Shown here: one piece after another, positions 22,639-34,195 of the stretch | Layout: every line of letters starts with the position of its first letter | Position numbering within the stretch: the first letter of the stretch is position 1 | DNA from: Hydrolagus colliei | Lineage: Eukaryota | Reading direction: 5' to 3' | Assembly: GCA_035084275.1 (NCBI GenBank) | Contig: CM068761.1 | Coordinates: forward strand, 8,680,001-8,744,000 | Length of the DNA stretch: 64,000 nucleotides | Notes under the pieces: generated by a model | Told to the model about the DNA's origin: nothing | Seen by the model: the letters and a program-made list of their open reading frames with translations, nothing else | Database searches by the model: none | Translations under genes and position numbers: made by a program

Positions 22639-24664
22639 CTGGAACAAAAATGTCCTTAAAAAAGTTTAAATTATTTTTTTTCATCTTAATTTACAATCGA
22701 TTGTTGAATAGCACGACAAAACTTCAGCATCACCAATAAATAATGCTATACATTATTTCACATTCCTGTAAATGGTAAAACATTTTCTTGTGCAGCGTTT
22801 CAGACGGTACTTTTCAATTGTGACAAAGTGTAACAATGTAAAGGGAACAATGAGTGTTGGGGGTCATCATACACCACCACACACCATTCATTATTATACT
22901 ATCAATAGTTTGCTGCAGAGAGCTCAACAACAATAATAATAATAATCCTCGCATTTGATATAGTGCTCTTGATATCACAAATTTCTCAAAATATACTGTA
23001 GGCAGCCAATTGCGCACAGCAGTGTCTCGCAAACTGTCGTGGATTGAAATGACCAATTTATTATAGGATTTTTTGCAGTGGGGAACACACGTTCAAATTT
23101 TCCTCAATTCAACTAATTAGTAAATACAATCATAAGAAATAACACTAGACACTAAATGTCGCGTCACAATGAGTACGTGGCGGGAGGCGCTGAGTGAAAG
23201 CGCAATTAAACATCATTATTAATTCGATAGAGTTTGTATAAAGAGTAAGAAAATAGGAAGAAAATAAACGTTTTCCTTTGGAACAAACACTCTGCACTGA
23301 CAAACTATTCAAGAGCTCAATCAGAATCCAATGTTTGATTAGTTACAGAGAGGGGCTTCCGATTTCACAATAATTTATTTGGCACCGTATTTGCTGATTT
23401 TAATTCATAATTAACAGCGCAAAATACACAGGTCACAATAACCAATACACAAATCACAATACACAAATCGGAATCCCTTTAATATGGTGCCTGATGGCAA
23501 CAATAAAGTTAATTTTCAAGGAAGAAAATGTATTTTGACCAGATTGAGCCGGCGCTCTGCCTCTCTTTAATGAGCGATGATTCCCATCTGACCAACTGCA
23601 GCAACTTGTGGTGAAAACCATGATATTATTGAGTCTCTCCAATGGTGCTGCCCTTAGCGACATCAACCACGGAATTGGGAGAAAATAATGCCTTTGTAAA
23701 ATTAGAAATCTGAAAATAAATGCGTTCAATAAATGGTAAAATAGAATTGTATTTTAATGGGGGTAATGGGGAGAAAATAAAATATTTGATGTAATCCGAA
23801 TAGAACACTGGAATAGAAATGTTTTTAAAATGCAAACAATGTTTATGGCAATAACGGGGAGCAGATTATAACATTTGAATTATTCTAAAACGAGTTGATT
23901 AGATTTGAAAGCGTAATGATGCTGAGAACAAACTCCGCTACAGTTATTCTATATCATCCATATATTAGTTACACATAATGTTACTCAGTCTCAAAGAAGT
24001 TTCAATTTTCAAAATGATCAGTTAGTCACGGATGAACACTATTTTCAGGGAATCCGGTTCCCTCTGAGATTGAACCGCTCACCAATCGGTCCATTAGTTC
24101 CCAGCGACAGTCACTAGATGGAAAGATGCTGTTGATCACCTTATGATGGAGATTCTTTTGAACATCACTTCGTGCTGACAAACTGGGGAAAGAGGTTAAC
24201 AAGTAAACATAGAAATTAAATAATCTGGAACAAAGAGATTTAACTTCAATCTCAGGTGTGAAGTGTGAACTCATTTCCCTGGTGTGGCTCATTCTTTACC
24301 AGGATCTCTAAACGGTGCTTCAGTGAATCTGACATCTTCAGTCCTTCAGAATGTTAAATATAAATATCACCACGAATATCTCTTCTTCGCTTATGTCATT
24401 CCTTCCTGCACCTTTTTACCATTGTTAGTTGGATGTAATATCCGTCCAAATTCTTCACAGAATTTCAGTTAACATCAGGTTTCCCGTGTTTGATTCTTTA
24501 ACATTTCCGATTTCCACATAAAACGTTTATGATTAGGAAACCAGATGCGACTATCACCGAAAGCGTGTGAAACAATATCGAATACAAATAAACATACAAT
24601 TATATTTGGACGTACTCCTGACGTGATCACAATAATCATCTAAAGTCGAAACAAGATTACTTAC

Positions 24665-24857
24665 TTTTCAAACTCAGCTTGGTCCCTTTACCAAAGTTGA
24701 AGCTGCTGCCATACCAGACACCACAGTAGTATTCGGCGGCGTCCTCCGGCTGCAAACCGCTGATGGTTAAATGCATGGCGCTGCTCGATGAGTCCACAGA
24801 ACCAGTGAATCGATCAGGGATCCCCTGAACTCTGGTGGAGCTACTACTGTACTCATA
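24665..24857 (-). pseudogene. IGLV: 5'-truncated germline-joined VJ, cluster 2
   Basis: [64 protein letters not shown] with an intact donor. Everything 5' of CDR2 is replaced by a TIR element. Confidence 0.92.
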
Positions 24858-26334
24858 CAAGGCCGTACGCAGGGGGGGTGCGACGGGTGCGTACGCACCC
24901 CCCCAAATTATAAAAGGTCCACATTTTCCGGGGTAGAGAATTGCATTTTTTTATCAAATTTAAATACCAAGTAAATTTATTGAACATTTGTGCAACAATC
25001 AGTTCTTCAAAACTATGTATGAATTATAAATACACATCTTTGAATGATTTAGTATTAATATAAAATTATCGAGTCGCGCACCAGAATCGGCGTCTACCCA
25101 AAACATACCGCGTCGATAGACCAGTCCATGACGTGGCGAGTCTGTGACTCGTGATTGGATAAACATAGGCGCCAAGACTCAAATCCATCCTCGTTTGGAA
25201 ATCATCCCGTAAACAGCCACAAGGGTAGCACCACTACTGGAGTTAAATCATCTTTTCATCTGATCACCGTAAGTAAAAATTACTCGAGTTTTGAGAGGTG
25301 TGGCTGTAATGCTAGCAAACAATGACAACATATTTACAAGCTTCTGAGAAATTAAAGCTTTTGAGAACCCAACAAAAAAGTTATGTGTGTCTGGACGGGA
25401 ATGCCTATCTTTAAAAAAAAATACTCATGGACGTAGACCTATGCTTTAGCGCCTATGTCTACGTGGTGTGTCAATCGGAAATCATCCCGTATACAGTCAC
25501 TACATAAAAAGGTAGCACCACTTTGTGGAAGCTGAAATCGTATTTTAATCTGATAAATGTAAGTAAAAATGACTTAAGTTTTGATAGGCGTGTTTCTGAA
25601 ATATGTTTCTTGTTTTGTCTTGATTATCACATTTGATTTATATTATTAAAGATGTATTCCTGTCATTAAAAATTGCTTTTAGAGACGTCCAATGGCATGC
25701 AAAAAACATATGATCGCAAAGATAAACAGTGCTACTTTATTCCACATTCAGTTTTGTACCCAGAGTGAAAAAACATCAATGTCGCACGAATTTGGCATAA
25801 AAATAGTTTCACCATCATCTGATCGAGCGAACTCGGGCATTGACAACCACACTTCTCCACTGATCCCTTCTCTCCATGCAGCCTGACAACTCCCGCCTGC
25901 CAATACCCCAATCGCGCTCCAGAGTATCGATGTAGGTAAGCGTCGGTCTACCTCGTGTTCTGTGACCGTGCAATGGTTCCCATAGGATAGTAGGACTATG
26001 GACAGTTTCCTCCCGGCTTCTCCAGCTATGTCCATTAAACCTAAGACGCCTCTGCAGTAATGTCTGTGATACCAGTGTGGTGGTGTACCATATAGCTCAC
26101 TATTTGTCAGATGCTGTCGCCTGTAAACGTTCAGGGCGGCTCTTAGAAGCCTGGTATATACCTCATGAGTCACCTAATCTCCTGATCTTCTGAACCGATT
26201 AAATAAGACCTCAAACTGTATAAAACGTCGGAGCCTCGAGGGGGCTTCGGGGGCAGCCCCCAAGCCCCCGGCCATTGTTGGTCCCATCACTAGCAATTCG
26301 CACCCCCCCAAAAAAAATCCTGCGTACGGCCCTG
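24858..26334. mobile_element. Non-autonomous TIR DNA transposon (hAT-like, family 2), copy 1
   Basis: Termini CAAGGCCGTACGCAGG...CCTGCGTACGGCCCTG. It is near-identical to 32477-35112 at both ends. No TSD is present here. Confidence 0.88.
25808..26175 (-). mobile_element. RTE-clade (RTE-X-like) LINE 3' fragment inside the TIR element
   Basis: YTRLLRAALNVYRRQHLTNSELYG, then after a frameshift RRLRFNGHSWRSREE...LWEPLHGHRTRGRPTLTYIDTLERD...MERRDQWR, then a gatgatggtga tail. This is typical of RTE RT C-termini. Confidence 0.7.
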
Positions 26335-26793
26335 GGGATGTCTCAAAGCGCTTCACATTACATACGGTAAAGGGAATTGTCTGTGTATTTGTGGGAAAAA
26401 TGCAGCAGCCCATTGTACTCTGCCTTCAAACCCACGTCTCTTGCTTGCAATGCGAGTGCGATGTATTGATGGATTTTTGCAGTCTCACGTCAAAAGGCTA
26501 CTTCCAGCTAGTCTTTACAATTATACCGATTTCAAAGAAAAAAATCACAAACACTTAAGCTGCTTTTCATTGAAGCGTTTTCCTAAATATCATGATCCAA
26601 AATTAATCTGCATCAAAATTTATTCTCAGTGGGTTATAGACTTTTTGGCCACGACTATAGCATATAAAACGATCTTGAAAGATGTCCAAAATAACCTTCT
26701 TGAATCCTCCTCCCCTATAAAGTCAGCACTTGCCGGTTTGACTCACAAATTAGTCCCTCCTGGTTTGTTCTGATAACCACTCATACCCACTAA

Positions 26794-27441
26794 TAGATGC
26801 AGATTCTCACATTAAGACAGTATCATACTATATCTATTGAATGTAGAAAATGGTCCACTGAAACCGTCAGTTGTGCTGAGTGATTCAACACTCATTTTAT
26901 TATCTTAATTGGTTAATTGCATTTTACTATTCCCCTCTTAGTCAATTCTTAATCAAGAATCAATTCGTCCGATTCAAACATAAATACCGACTATTATATT
27001 ATCCAGATCTAGGGATTCAATTGAGACGTGATTCGTAATTTCATGGTTCTCAAAGTGAATGTGTAAATATCTCTATTCCTTCACTACTTGGTACATTGTA
27101 GACAAATTGTTGCCTAGTTATCCTCTTGTGATATTTCTAATTAATTAGTACACTGTCTTTCAATATTGATCTACAAAGATGCACGTTATGATACGTACCG
27201 ATTTAATCGTTTGCAATAAAGAAAAAATATTAACATCAACTGACGGAACGTTGAACAATTGAACTAAACTGCAGTGACATCTGCAGGTGCTAAAATGTCA
27301 TCTAAATGCTGCAAAGTGGAAGATGGTATGTCTCTCAACAGCTGGCTTGGGGCAGACTGGCCACAGGGGCGGGGTGGGTGGTGTAACTCGTCAGTGAGCC
27401 CTTGAGGTGGGAGGTACATGTTCATGTTTCATTTGCATCTG
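26794..27441. promoter_or_regulatory. Candidate 3' enhancer paralogue, cluster 3
   Basis: ATTTGCATCTG at 27431-27441 is intact. The distal site is degenerate (tagatgcagat, 26794-26804). catctgcaggtg lies near 27280. Confidence 0.4.
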
Positions 27442-27559
27442 GGTGCCAGAAAACCTTTAAATATGCTGCGACTCCTTCGGGCAATGTAAATGCTAAGCGT
27501 AATTTTTGTACTAAAGATATGGTTAATATGGAGTCCTGTATCTCAGTGAAGTGGAGTCT

Positions 27560-27845
27560 TGTAACTCAGTATTTAGAGCACTCGCCTTACAAGCGAGAGT
27601 TCATTTCCTGGCAGGGCGAAACCTTGGCCAAATTTCCTTGCTCCACATGCCTGATACTAATCTCTCTCTAAAAAAAGAATTCCAAGACTTTTTGTAGGAC
27701 ACGGTCATGCGTAATTAGCTGCCGCGTTTCGCCCACATACATACAGTCAATTCACTTAACCGTTTATTCTGTGAAGCACGCTGAGACATCGAACAAGTGT
27801 GAAAAGCGTTATATCAAATGCAGTTATCATTAATATTATCAATAC
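27560..27845 (+). mobile_element. tRNA-derived SINE with L2-like tail
   Basis: Head gtaactcagtatttagagcactcgccttacaagcgag. Tail gtgaaaagcgttatatcaaatgcagttatcatt. Confidence 0.75.
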
Positions 27846-28296
27846 GTTGATCTATTACTACAGACAATGGCAGGTTGGAGAGGGAGCGGGCAAAAGTATT
27901 TCAGTGAATTGGCTTCAAACCTAAAGTGGATGTACACCATTGTTGGGGCAGAGCATTTCACGTGCGTTTAGCCTATAAGAGCGATCATGACTTAATATTT
28001 AACATCGTGCAATATATTCAATTCATTTTGATATTAATTGATTTTCATTTCGATTTGAAAGTTAATTATTTTTAAGAACAAAGTGAAAAGGCTGCTCACT
28101 AACGACCCAAATTAAGGTCTTTCCAAAATTCTGCGCTTTCAATTTTAAACACATCTAAATATTATGTGCTCGTGTAATCTCAAAACGTGGTATAGACAAA
28201 CAAAAATCACTTCGTGGTATAAACATAAAATGAATTAAATCAAGAGACAAAATTGAAGAAAAAGAGCCACGACACAGAGGGCAATGAAAGAGACAT

Positions 28297-28302
28297 TTTA
28301 TT
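28297..28302 (-). terminator. Polyadenylation signal AATAAA of C3
   Basis: Positionally homologous to 10516-10521. Confidence 0.7.
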
Positions 28303-28617
28303 AGACTGTGGTATTTCTTATTTATGTAATGTTACACAGGGGGGTGCTTCATCGATGCAGTGTGAACACTGCAAAATAGAACCATTAAATTGCAGCAAAC
28401 AGACAAACCATTGTTGCGGGTTTTAATACAATACTTAAAACTCCAAGAGCTTCTTTCTTTCCCACCGGTAATTTACCGAAGGTGTTTAAGCAAACTTGTT
28501 TCTCAATTTCGACATTCCTGACAAAATGAATTTAAATTCCTAAAGTATAGAAACACAATTATTAGTATTCAACATAGATTGCAAAAATACTTCCGACGAG
28601 CGCTGTATATTCCTGAT

Positions 28618-28940
28618 TTAGATACAACTGGATCTAGCGATGCTTGTTTTAAGCGGATCTGCCCGAGCCTCGTGTTTGACCAGACAGGAATACAGCTCGT
28701 GTGACTCCCACTCGGAGGCTGGCAGAGTCAGATAACTGCTCACACTGTACGTGTTGTCCACCTCCTGCTTGATCGCACTCGTTTCAACACCTTCACTTCT
28801 GGCACTGCCATCCACAGTCCACTTGACCTCCACAGCTCCCGGGGTAAAATCATTCACCAGACACACCAGGGTCGCCTTGCTCTTTGCTGTGATTTGATAT
28901 GGTGACGGCGGAAGGACAGTCACCGAAGGGGCCCGTGGGT
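28618..28940 (-). CDS. IGLC: IgL lambda/type II constant exon, cluster 3 (intact)
   Basis: Acceptor ttccttccag|AC. 323 nt reading (D)[15 protein letters not shown]...KHEARADPLKTSIARSSCI*. Confidence 0.95.
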
Positions 28941-29304
28941 CTGGAAGGAAAATATTTTAAGTTCAGATCATGTCCATTACATTATGAGTAAAGATTGTTA
29001 CAATGTGTTTTAATATCTTAAGTTTATAATTGTCCTGTTCGATCGTACAACACAACTTCAAAATCACTAGTAATTATTGCAGTGCAGTACTGTGTTTCAC
29101 TTTGTTGTCAATTGTAACATGTTTTCGTGCGTAATGGTTTGGATGGTACTTTTCAATTGTGACAAAGTATAATTACTATATATAAACGGAACAATCGGTG
29201 TTGGGTTCACCAGTGATTGAAAATTGCCTCATGATATACCATTCATTATTATACTATTAATAGTTTGCTGATCAGCGGTTAGTGGGGACCAAGCGTTCAA
29301 ATAT

Positions 29305-29612
29305 TCCATTATGTATCTCAGTGATCAGAGCACTCGCCTTACAAGCGAGCGACCTGGGTTCAATTCCCGACAGGTGAGGGTGAAATCTTGGACAAGATTT
29401 CTTACTCTACATATCTGCCAAAATTCCTAAAAATAAATAATTTTAGCCCATGTCTATTTGTGGACCATGTCTGCTGTGTCCCGCAATTGGCTGCCACGTT
29501 TCACCCCTATATACACAGTCAATATGCTTTACAGTGTATTCTATGAAGCGCTTCGAGACATCTGGAAGACGTAAAAAGTGCCATATCAACTGCAATAATG
29601 ATAATTATTATT
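29305..29612 (+). mobile_element. tRNA-derived SINE in the J-C intron of cluster 3
   Basis: Head tatctcagtgatcagagcactcgccttacaagcgagcgacctgggttcaattcc. L2-like tail ends in ataattattatt. Confidence 0.75.
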
Positions 29613-31421
29613 TAATTGTATACAGAGTTTCGAGTCACAACGCAGAGAAAATTGTTCAACACCCTATTCCGATTATTTCTGCGTAGACGCTATTTGCTCA
29701 GCTCTAAATCCAATTCTGCACAATTTAACCTTCCCTGTGAAGGGAGCTCTCATCTTTCGGAGGTGTTTGGGCATGAAAAAATCACGCTTCATGGCTGGAG
29801 GTCGTTTCTTATCTGTAGAACAAAATGTTATGTGCAACCGGTATATCAGAAATTCTCAACATCAACGCGAGCCTTTTTCCGAACGATAATGCGATATGGC
29901 TACAGATAACAGTCAACAGTCACCCCAACTGTAAATTACACGCTACAGCGATAAGGGTTTTATAGGCACCAGCAGCAGAGAGCAAAAACGTGAAAATGCG
30001 ACTAAAATAGTGCTTCCCTTGTATACTGTGCACAGAAAACCGAATCAGGAGCAAAATGAGATTCTAATATTTGATTCGCTGCGGAAGAGTTCCGATTTCA
30101 CCTTAATTTATTTTGCACTGTATTTATTGATAAATTCGTAATTTATAGCGCACTACAATTACAATTAATACGTAGATCAGGAACTGCTTAACTTGGCGAC
30201 TAAGGGAAAATAATAAATTTAGCTTCTAGTGGAAAAAATATATCCTCTGTTTTCATCAGATTGATCCCCAGCTCAGACTGTGTCTTCACTCTGGGCTGAT
30301 TCCCATCTGACCACGTATAGCAATTTTTGATGAAACGCATAATATTACTGAGTCTCTATAATGGTGCTTCCATCAGATACATGAAACATTGAATTTGAAG
30401 AAAGTAAAACATTTTGAAAATACAGAAATCAGAAGTGAAAGGTGCGATTAAAATATTAAAACAGAATAATGTTTTGCTGGAAGTAGTAGTGTCGAGAATA
30501 GAAAAGATTTGTAAGAATCTGAGTAGAACAGTGCGCAAAAAAAAAGTTATTGAAACTCTTAATTGGAAGCCTAAAACAGTTGTTACTCACTCATTTAGCC
30601 GACTAAAATAGATGAATTATCCGAAAAATAATAGATTAGGTTTGAATGGGAAATGATGGTCAGAGAATACTCTCCGAGAAGTATTCTCGGTCAAACGTGT
30701 CCCAGTTGAAGAGTGTTGGTCAGTCTCAAAGAGCTTGTAATTCCCCAAATGTTTAAGTAGTTACAGACAACCACCTCCACTGTATCCTGTTCCCCCTGAG
30801 ATTTGAACCCCTCACCAATCTGTCCATTGGAGCCCAGCAATAGTTATTCTATGGAGGGCTGCAGCTTATATTCTGTGCTGGATAGTCTTTTAAATACCCT
30901 GTATCAAATCGTGCTTACAAATCAGGGGAAACAAACTCAGAAGTAAGTATATAAATGCACCAGAAGTCAGATCTTCAACCCCAACTGTAAACTACAAACT
31001 AATTTCCCTGTTGCAACTCAATGTGTACCAGGATATCTGGACGGTGGTCCAGTCAATCTCATATCCACAGTCCTTCAATGTGCAGATTGCTAAACAAAAT
31101 GCTCATCACCATCTAACTCCTCAGGACTTTTGCCTTGCTCGTTTTCTGTATTATGCACCTTAATTCTTCAGAGAATCTCAATTAACCACAACGATCGCAT
31201 TCTTGATTCTTCAAAATTTACGAAATCCACAAAAAGAGCTTATCATAGCGAAGATTATAGCCAGAAGCAACTTTTTACACGAATAGTGTAAAAGAGAATA
31301 GAACGCAGAAAAACGCACATTTATACTGAAGAATCTTTGAAGGAGAACTAGATCAAAATAATAAATAATTGGAAAAGTCGAACCAACCACGTGCGAATTG
31401 TAGAATGTCAAAATTACTTAC

Positions 31422-31763
31422 CTTTCAAACTCAACTGGGTCCCTTTGCCGAAGGTGAACACACCACTGCTTGCGGCACCACAGTAGTAATCGGCGGCGTC
31501 CTCCGGCTGCACACCGCTGATGGTTAAATGCATGGCGCTGCTCGATGAGTCCACAGAACCAGTGAATCGATCAGGAATCCCCTGACCTCTGCTGGAGCTC
31601 CCATACCAAACAAACACAGGGGCGCTGCCAGGCTTCTGCTGGTACCAGCTCGTGTAGTAGCTGCGGATGCTGCCTCCGGACATGGTACAGGTGAACTTGA
31701 CGGTGTTTCCCGGGGAGGTTGAGATGGACGGTGGCTGAGTCAGGGTAACAGCCGCAGTTGTTC
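31422..31763 (-). CDS. IGLV: Germline-joined VJ exon, cluster 3 (intact)
   Basis: [45 protein letters not shown]...YYCGAASSGVFTFGKGTQLSLK. 342 nt with canonical splice sites and no RSS. Confidence 0.95.
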
Positions 31764-31889
31764 CTGGAGAAATAACAAGTCACAGATAAGTCACACTGTA
31801 GATAGGTCACACTGTAGCGAGGTCACACTGTAGAACTAACTGTACAAAGTGAAGGTAATTGAGATAAGTGCGGATTCCGCAGCGCTTAC

Positions 31890-31938
31890 CATGCAGACAC
31901 AGGAGCAAAGCGGCCAGAACTCGGAGCCAATCGTCCAT
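31890..31938 (-). CDS. IGLV: Leader exon, cluster 3
   Basis: MDDWLRVLAALLLCLH(G)|GTAAG, 49 nt. Confidence 0.92.
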
Positions 31939-32062
31939 TGTGAACAGTTTGATGAACATCAGAGAAATTAGTGATTCACAGACAAAAGCCACTTTACTGC
32001 TCGATTGTAAACTTCTCCTTAAGAACCATCAGGTGATGCAAGTCCAGTTGAATTCATAAATT

Positions 32063-32070
32063 ATGCAAAT
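32063..32070 (-). promoter_or_regulatory. Octamer ATTTGCAT of the V3 promoter
   Basis: Perfect octamer ~125 nt upstream of the ATG. Confidence 0.85.
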
Positions 32071-33171
32071 CATCATCTGGGTTGCATCGTCCAATAGGAA
32101 AACTTGTTCTCAGCAGGAGATTGACGATCATGCAGATTTGAGCCGCTTTACTGCCCACTTTTCAAACGACATTTCAAGGTAATATTGTATAAAGTTACCC
32201 CCTGAAGACTTTGATTAATTGAATCTGATTTTGAAATCCAATATGAAACACAATTTTATTGTGAACATTAAGATGATAATACAAACTTGAATTATATACA
32301 GAATCGTGCAGACGGCTTATTCCATGATATAATCATACAGTCCATGGTTTTGATGTGTGTGGATCCTGCAAGGTTTCCTGTTAATGCTCACAGTGAGTTA
32401 CACATATAAACCTTATTCCGATTTGTGGCTGAGAATGCTTCATCGTTCCATTCAGTTACAGTTTACACACTGATATCAAGGCCGTACGCAGGGGGGGTGC
32501 GACGGGTGCGTACGCACCCCCCCAAATTATAAAAGGTCCACATTTTCCGGGGTAGAGAATTGCATTTTTTTATCAAATTTAAATACCAAGTAAATTTATT
32601 GAACATTTGAGTAACAATCAGTTCTTCAAAACTATATATAAATTATAAACTCACATCTTTGAATGATTTAGTATTAATATAAAATTATCGAGTCGCACAC
32701 CAGAATCGGCGTCTACCCCAAAACATACCGCGTCAATAGACCAGTCCATGACGCGGCGAGTCTGTGACTCGTGATTGGATAAACATAGGCGCCAAGACTC
32801 AAATCCTCGTTTGGAAATCATCCCGTAAACAGCCACAAAGGGACAGCACCAATGCTGGAGTTAAAATCATCTTTTCATCTGATCACCGTAAGTAAAAATG
32901 ACTCAAGTTTTGAGAGGTGTGACTGTAATGCTAGCAAACAATGACAACATATTTACAAGCTTCTGAGAAATTAAAGCTTTTGAGAACCCAACAAAAAAGT
33001 TATATGCTGGACGGGAATGCCTATCTTTAAAAAAAATACTCATGGACATAGACCTAGGCTTTAGCGCCTATTCTACATGGTGTGTCAATCGGAAATCATC
33101 CCGTATACAGTCACTACATAAAAAGGTAGCACCACTTTGTGGAAGCTGAAATCGTATTTTAATCTGATAAT

Positions 33172-33577
33172 GTTAGCAATTGATAATAGTGCCTTAGTAC
33201 ATTGTCGAGACAGCTCAGAGCGCTTCACAGAACGTACTGTAAAGTGGCCAGTTTTTGCCCAGGATTGTCCCACAAACACCGATGGAGTGAGTCACCGATT
33301 TTATTTGGGGGCGTTTGTTGGCCAGGACAACAGGAGGGAGACTTCCCTCCGCTTTTCGAGTAGTGTCAGAGGATCTTTTCACATCCATCTAAACAGACGG
33401 ATCAGACCTCGGTTCAGCATCTCAACCAAAAGAACAGAGCCTCTAACAATGGGACACCCCCACACACAGCACCACATTGAAGTGTCAGCTTCCTCTGTGT
33501 GATACCGAGTGCCGACGTGGGGTTTGAACCCATAACTTTCTGACTCAGAGGCCAGAGTGCTATTCACTGTGCCAGGC
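33172..33577 (-). mobile_element. tRNA-derived SINE (second family) nested in the TIR element
   Basis: The reverse-complement head gcctggcacagtgaatagcactctggcctctgagtcagaaagttatgggttcaaacc has A and B boxes. The central ggatcttttcacatcc...cctcggttcagcatctc motif recalls the Meta-domain SINE core (from memory). An L2-like tail follows. Confidence 0.75.
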
Positions 33578-33955
33578 GACTCGCCAGGTGATGCTGCTGT
33601 CTTCTATCACCTGTGGGAAACTTTCTTTCCCTCCTACTCAGTGCCTCTGAATCTGAAGACATTCCCAAGGTCGAGGTTGCATATCTGACTGATTGACAAC
33701 TGAGATTTATTTTCAGGGTTTGTGGGCAGTGTCACGTAATTGGCTATAACTTAAAGGATTGTTAACCTGCACCTGTTAGAGTTGAGGTCCCCAGAACTGC
33801 TGCCTCACACCAGCGGGATATAAAGGACAGGTGCAGTCGAGTCTGCAAAGCAACAGCTCTTCCTACACAAATCTCTTCAACGTGACTCCTCTGAAAGTCA
33901 CTCTTTCTCTCTTTGAATAATAATATAATCCGTGCATTTCATGTAGCGAGGTAGG

Positions 33956-34195
33956 TTAGGGTCGGTCTACCTCGTGTTCTGTGACCGTGCAATGGTTCCC
34001 ATAGGATAGTAGGACTATGGACAGTTTCCTCCCGGCTTCTCCAGCTATGTCCGCTAAACCTAAGACGCCTCTGCGGTAATGTCTGTGATACCAGTGTGGT
34101 GGTGTACCATATAGCTCACTATTTGTCAGATGCTGTCGCCAGTAAACATTCAGGGCGTCTCTTAGAAGCCTGGTGTATACCTCACGAGTCACCTA
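33956..34195 (-). mobile_element. RTE-like LINE fragment, second copy
   Basis: Near-identical to 25933-26175. Confidence 0.7.

Larger units (their letters stand above)
1..24857. repeat. Tandem segmental duplication: unit A (1 to ~13919) and unit B (~13920-24857), each an IgL cluster plus spacer
   Basis: Position 1 onward (aatgttttaatctgaagagcttgataaaatattaataatcc) matches 13920 onward (agtgtttaaatctgaacagcttgataaaatattaataatcc). Collinear similarity continues through the spacer, H2B cassette, C exon, intron and J. Confidence 0.95.
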
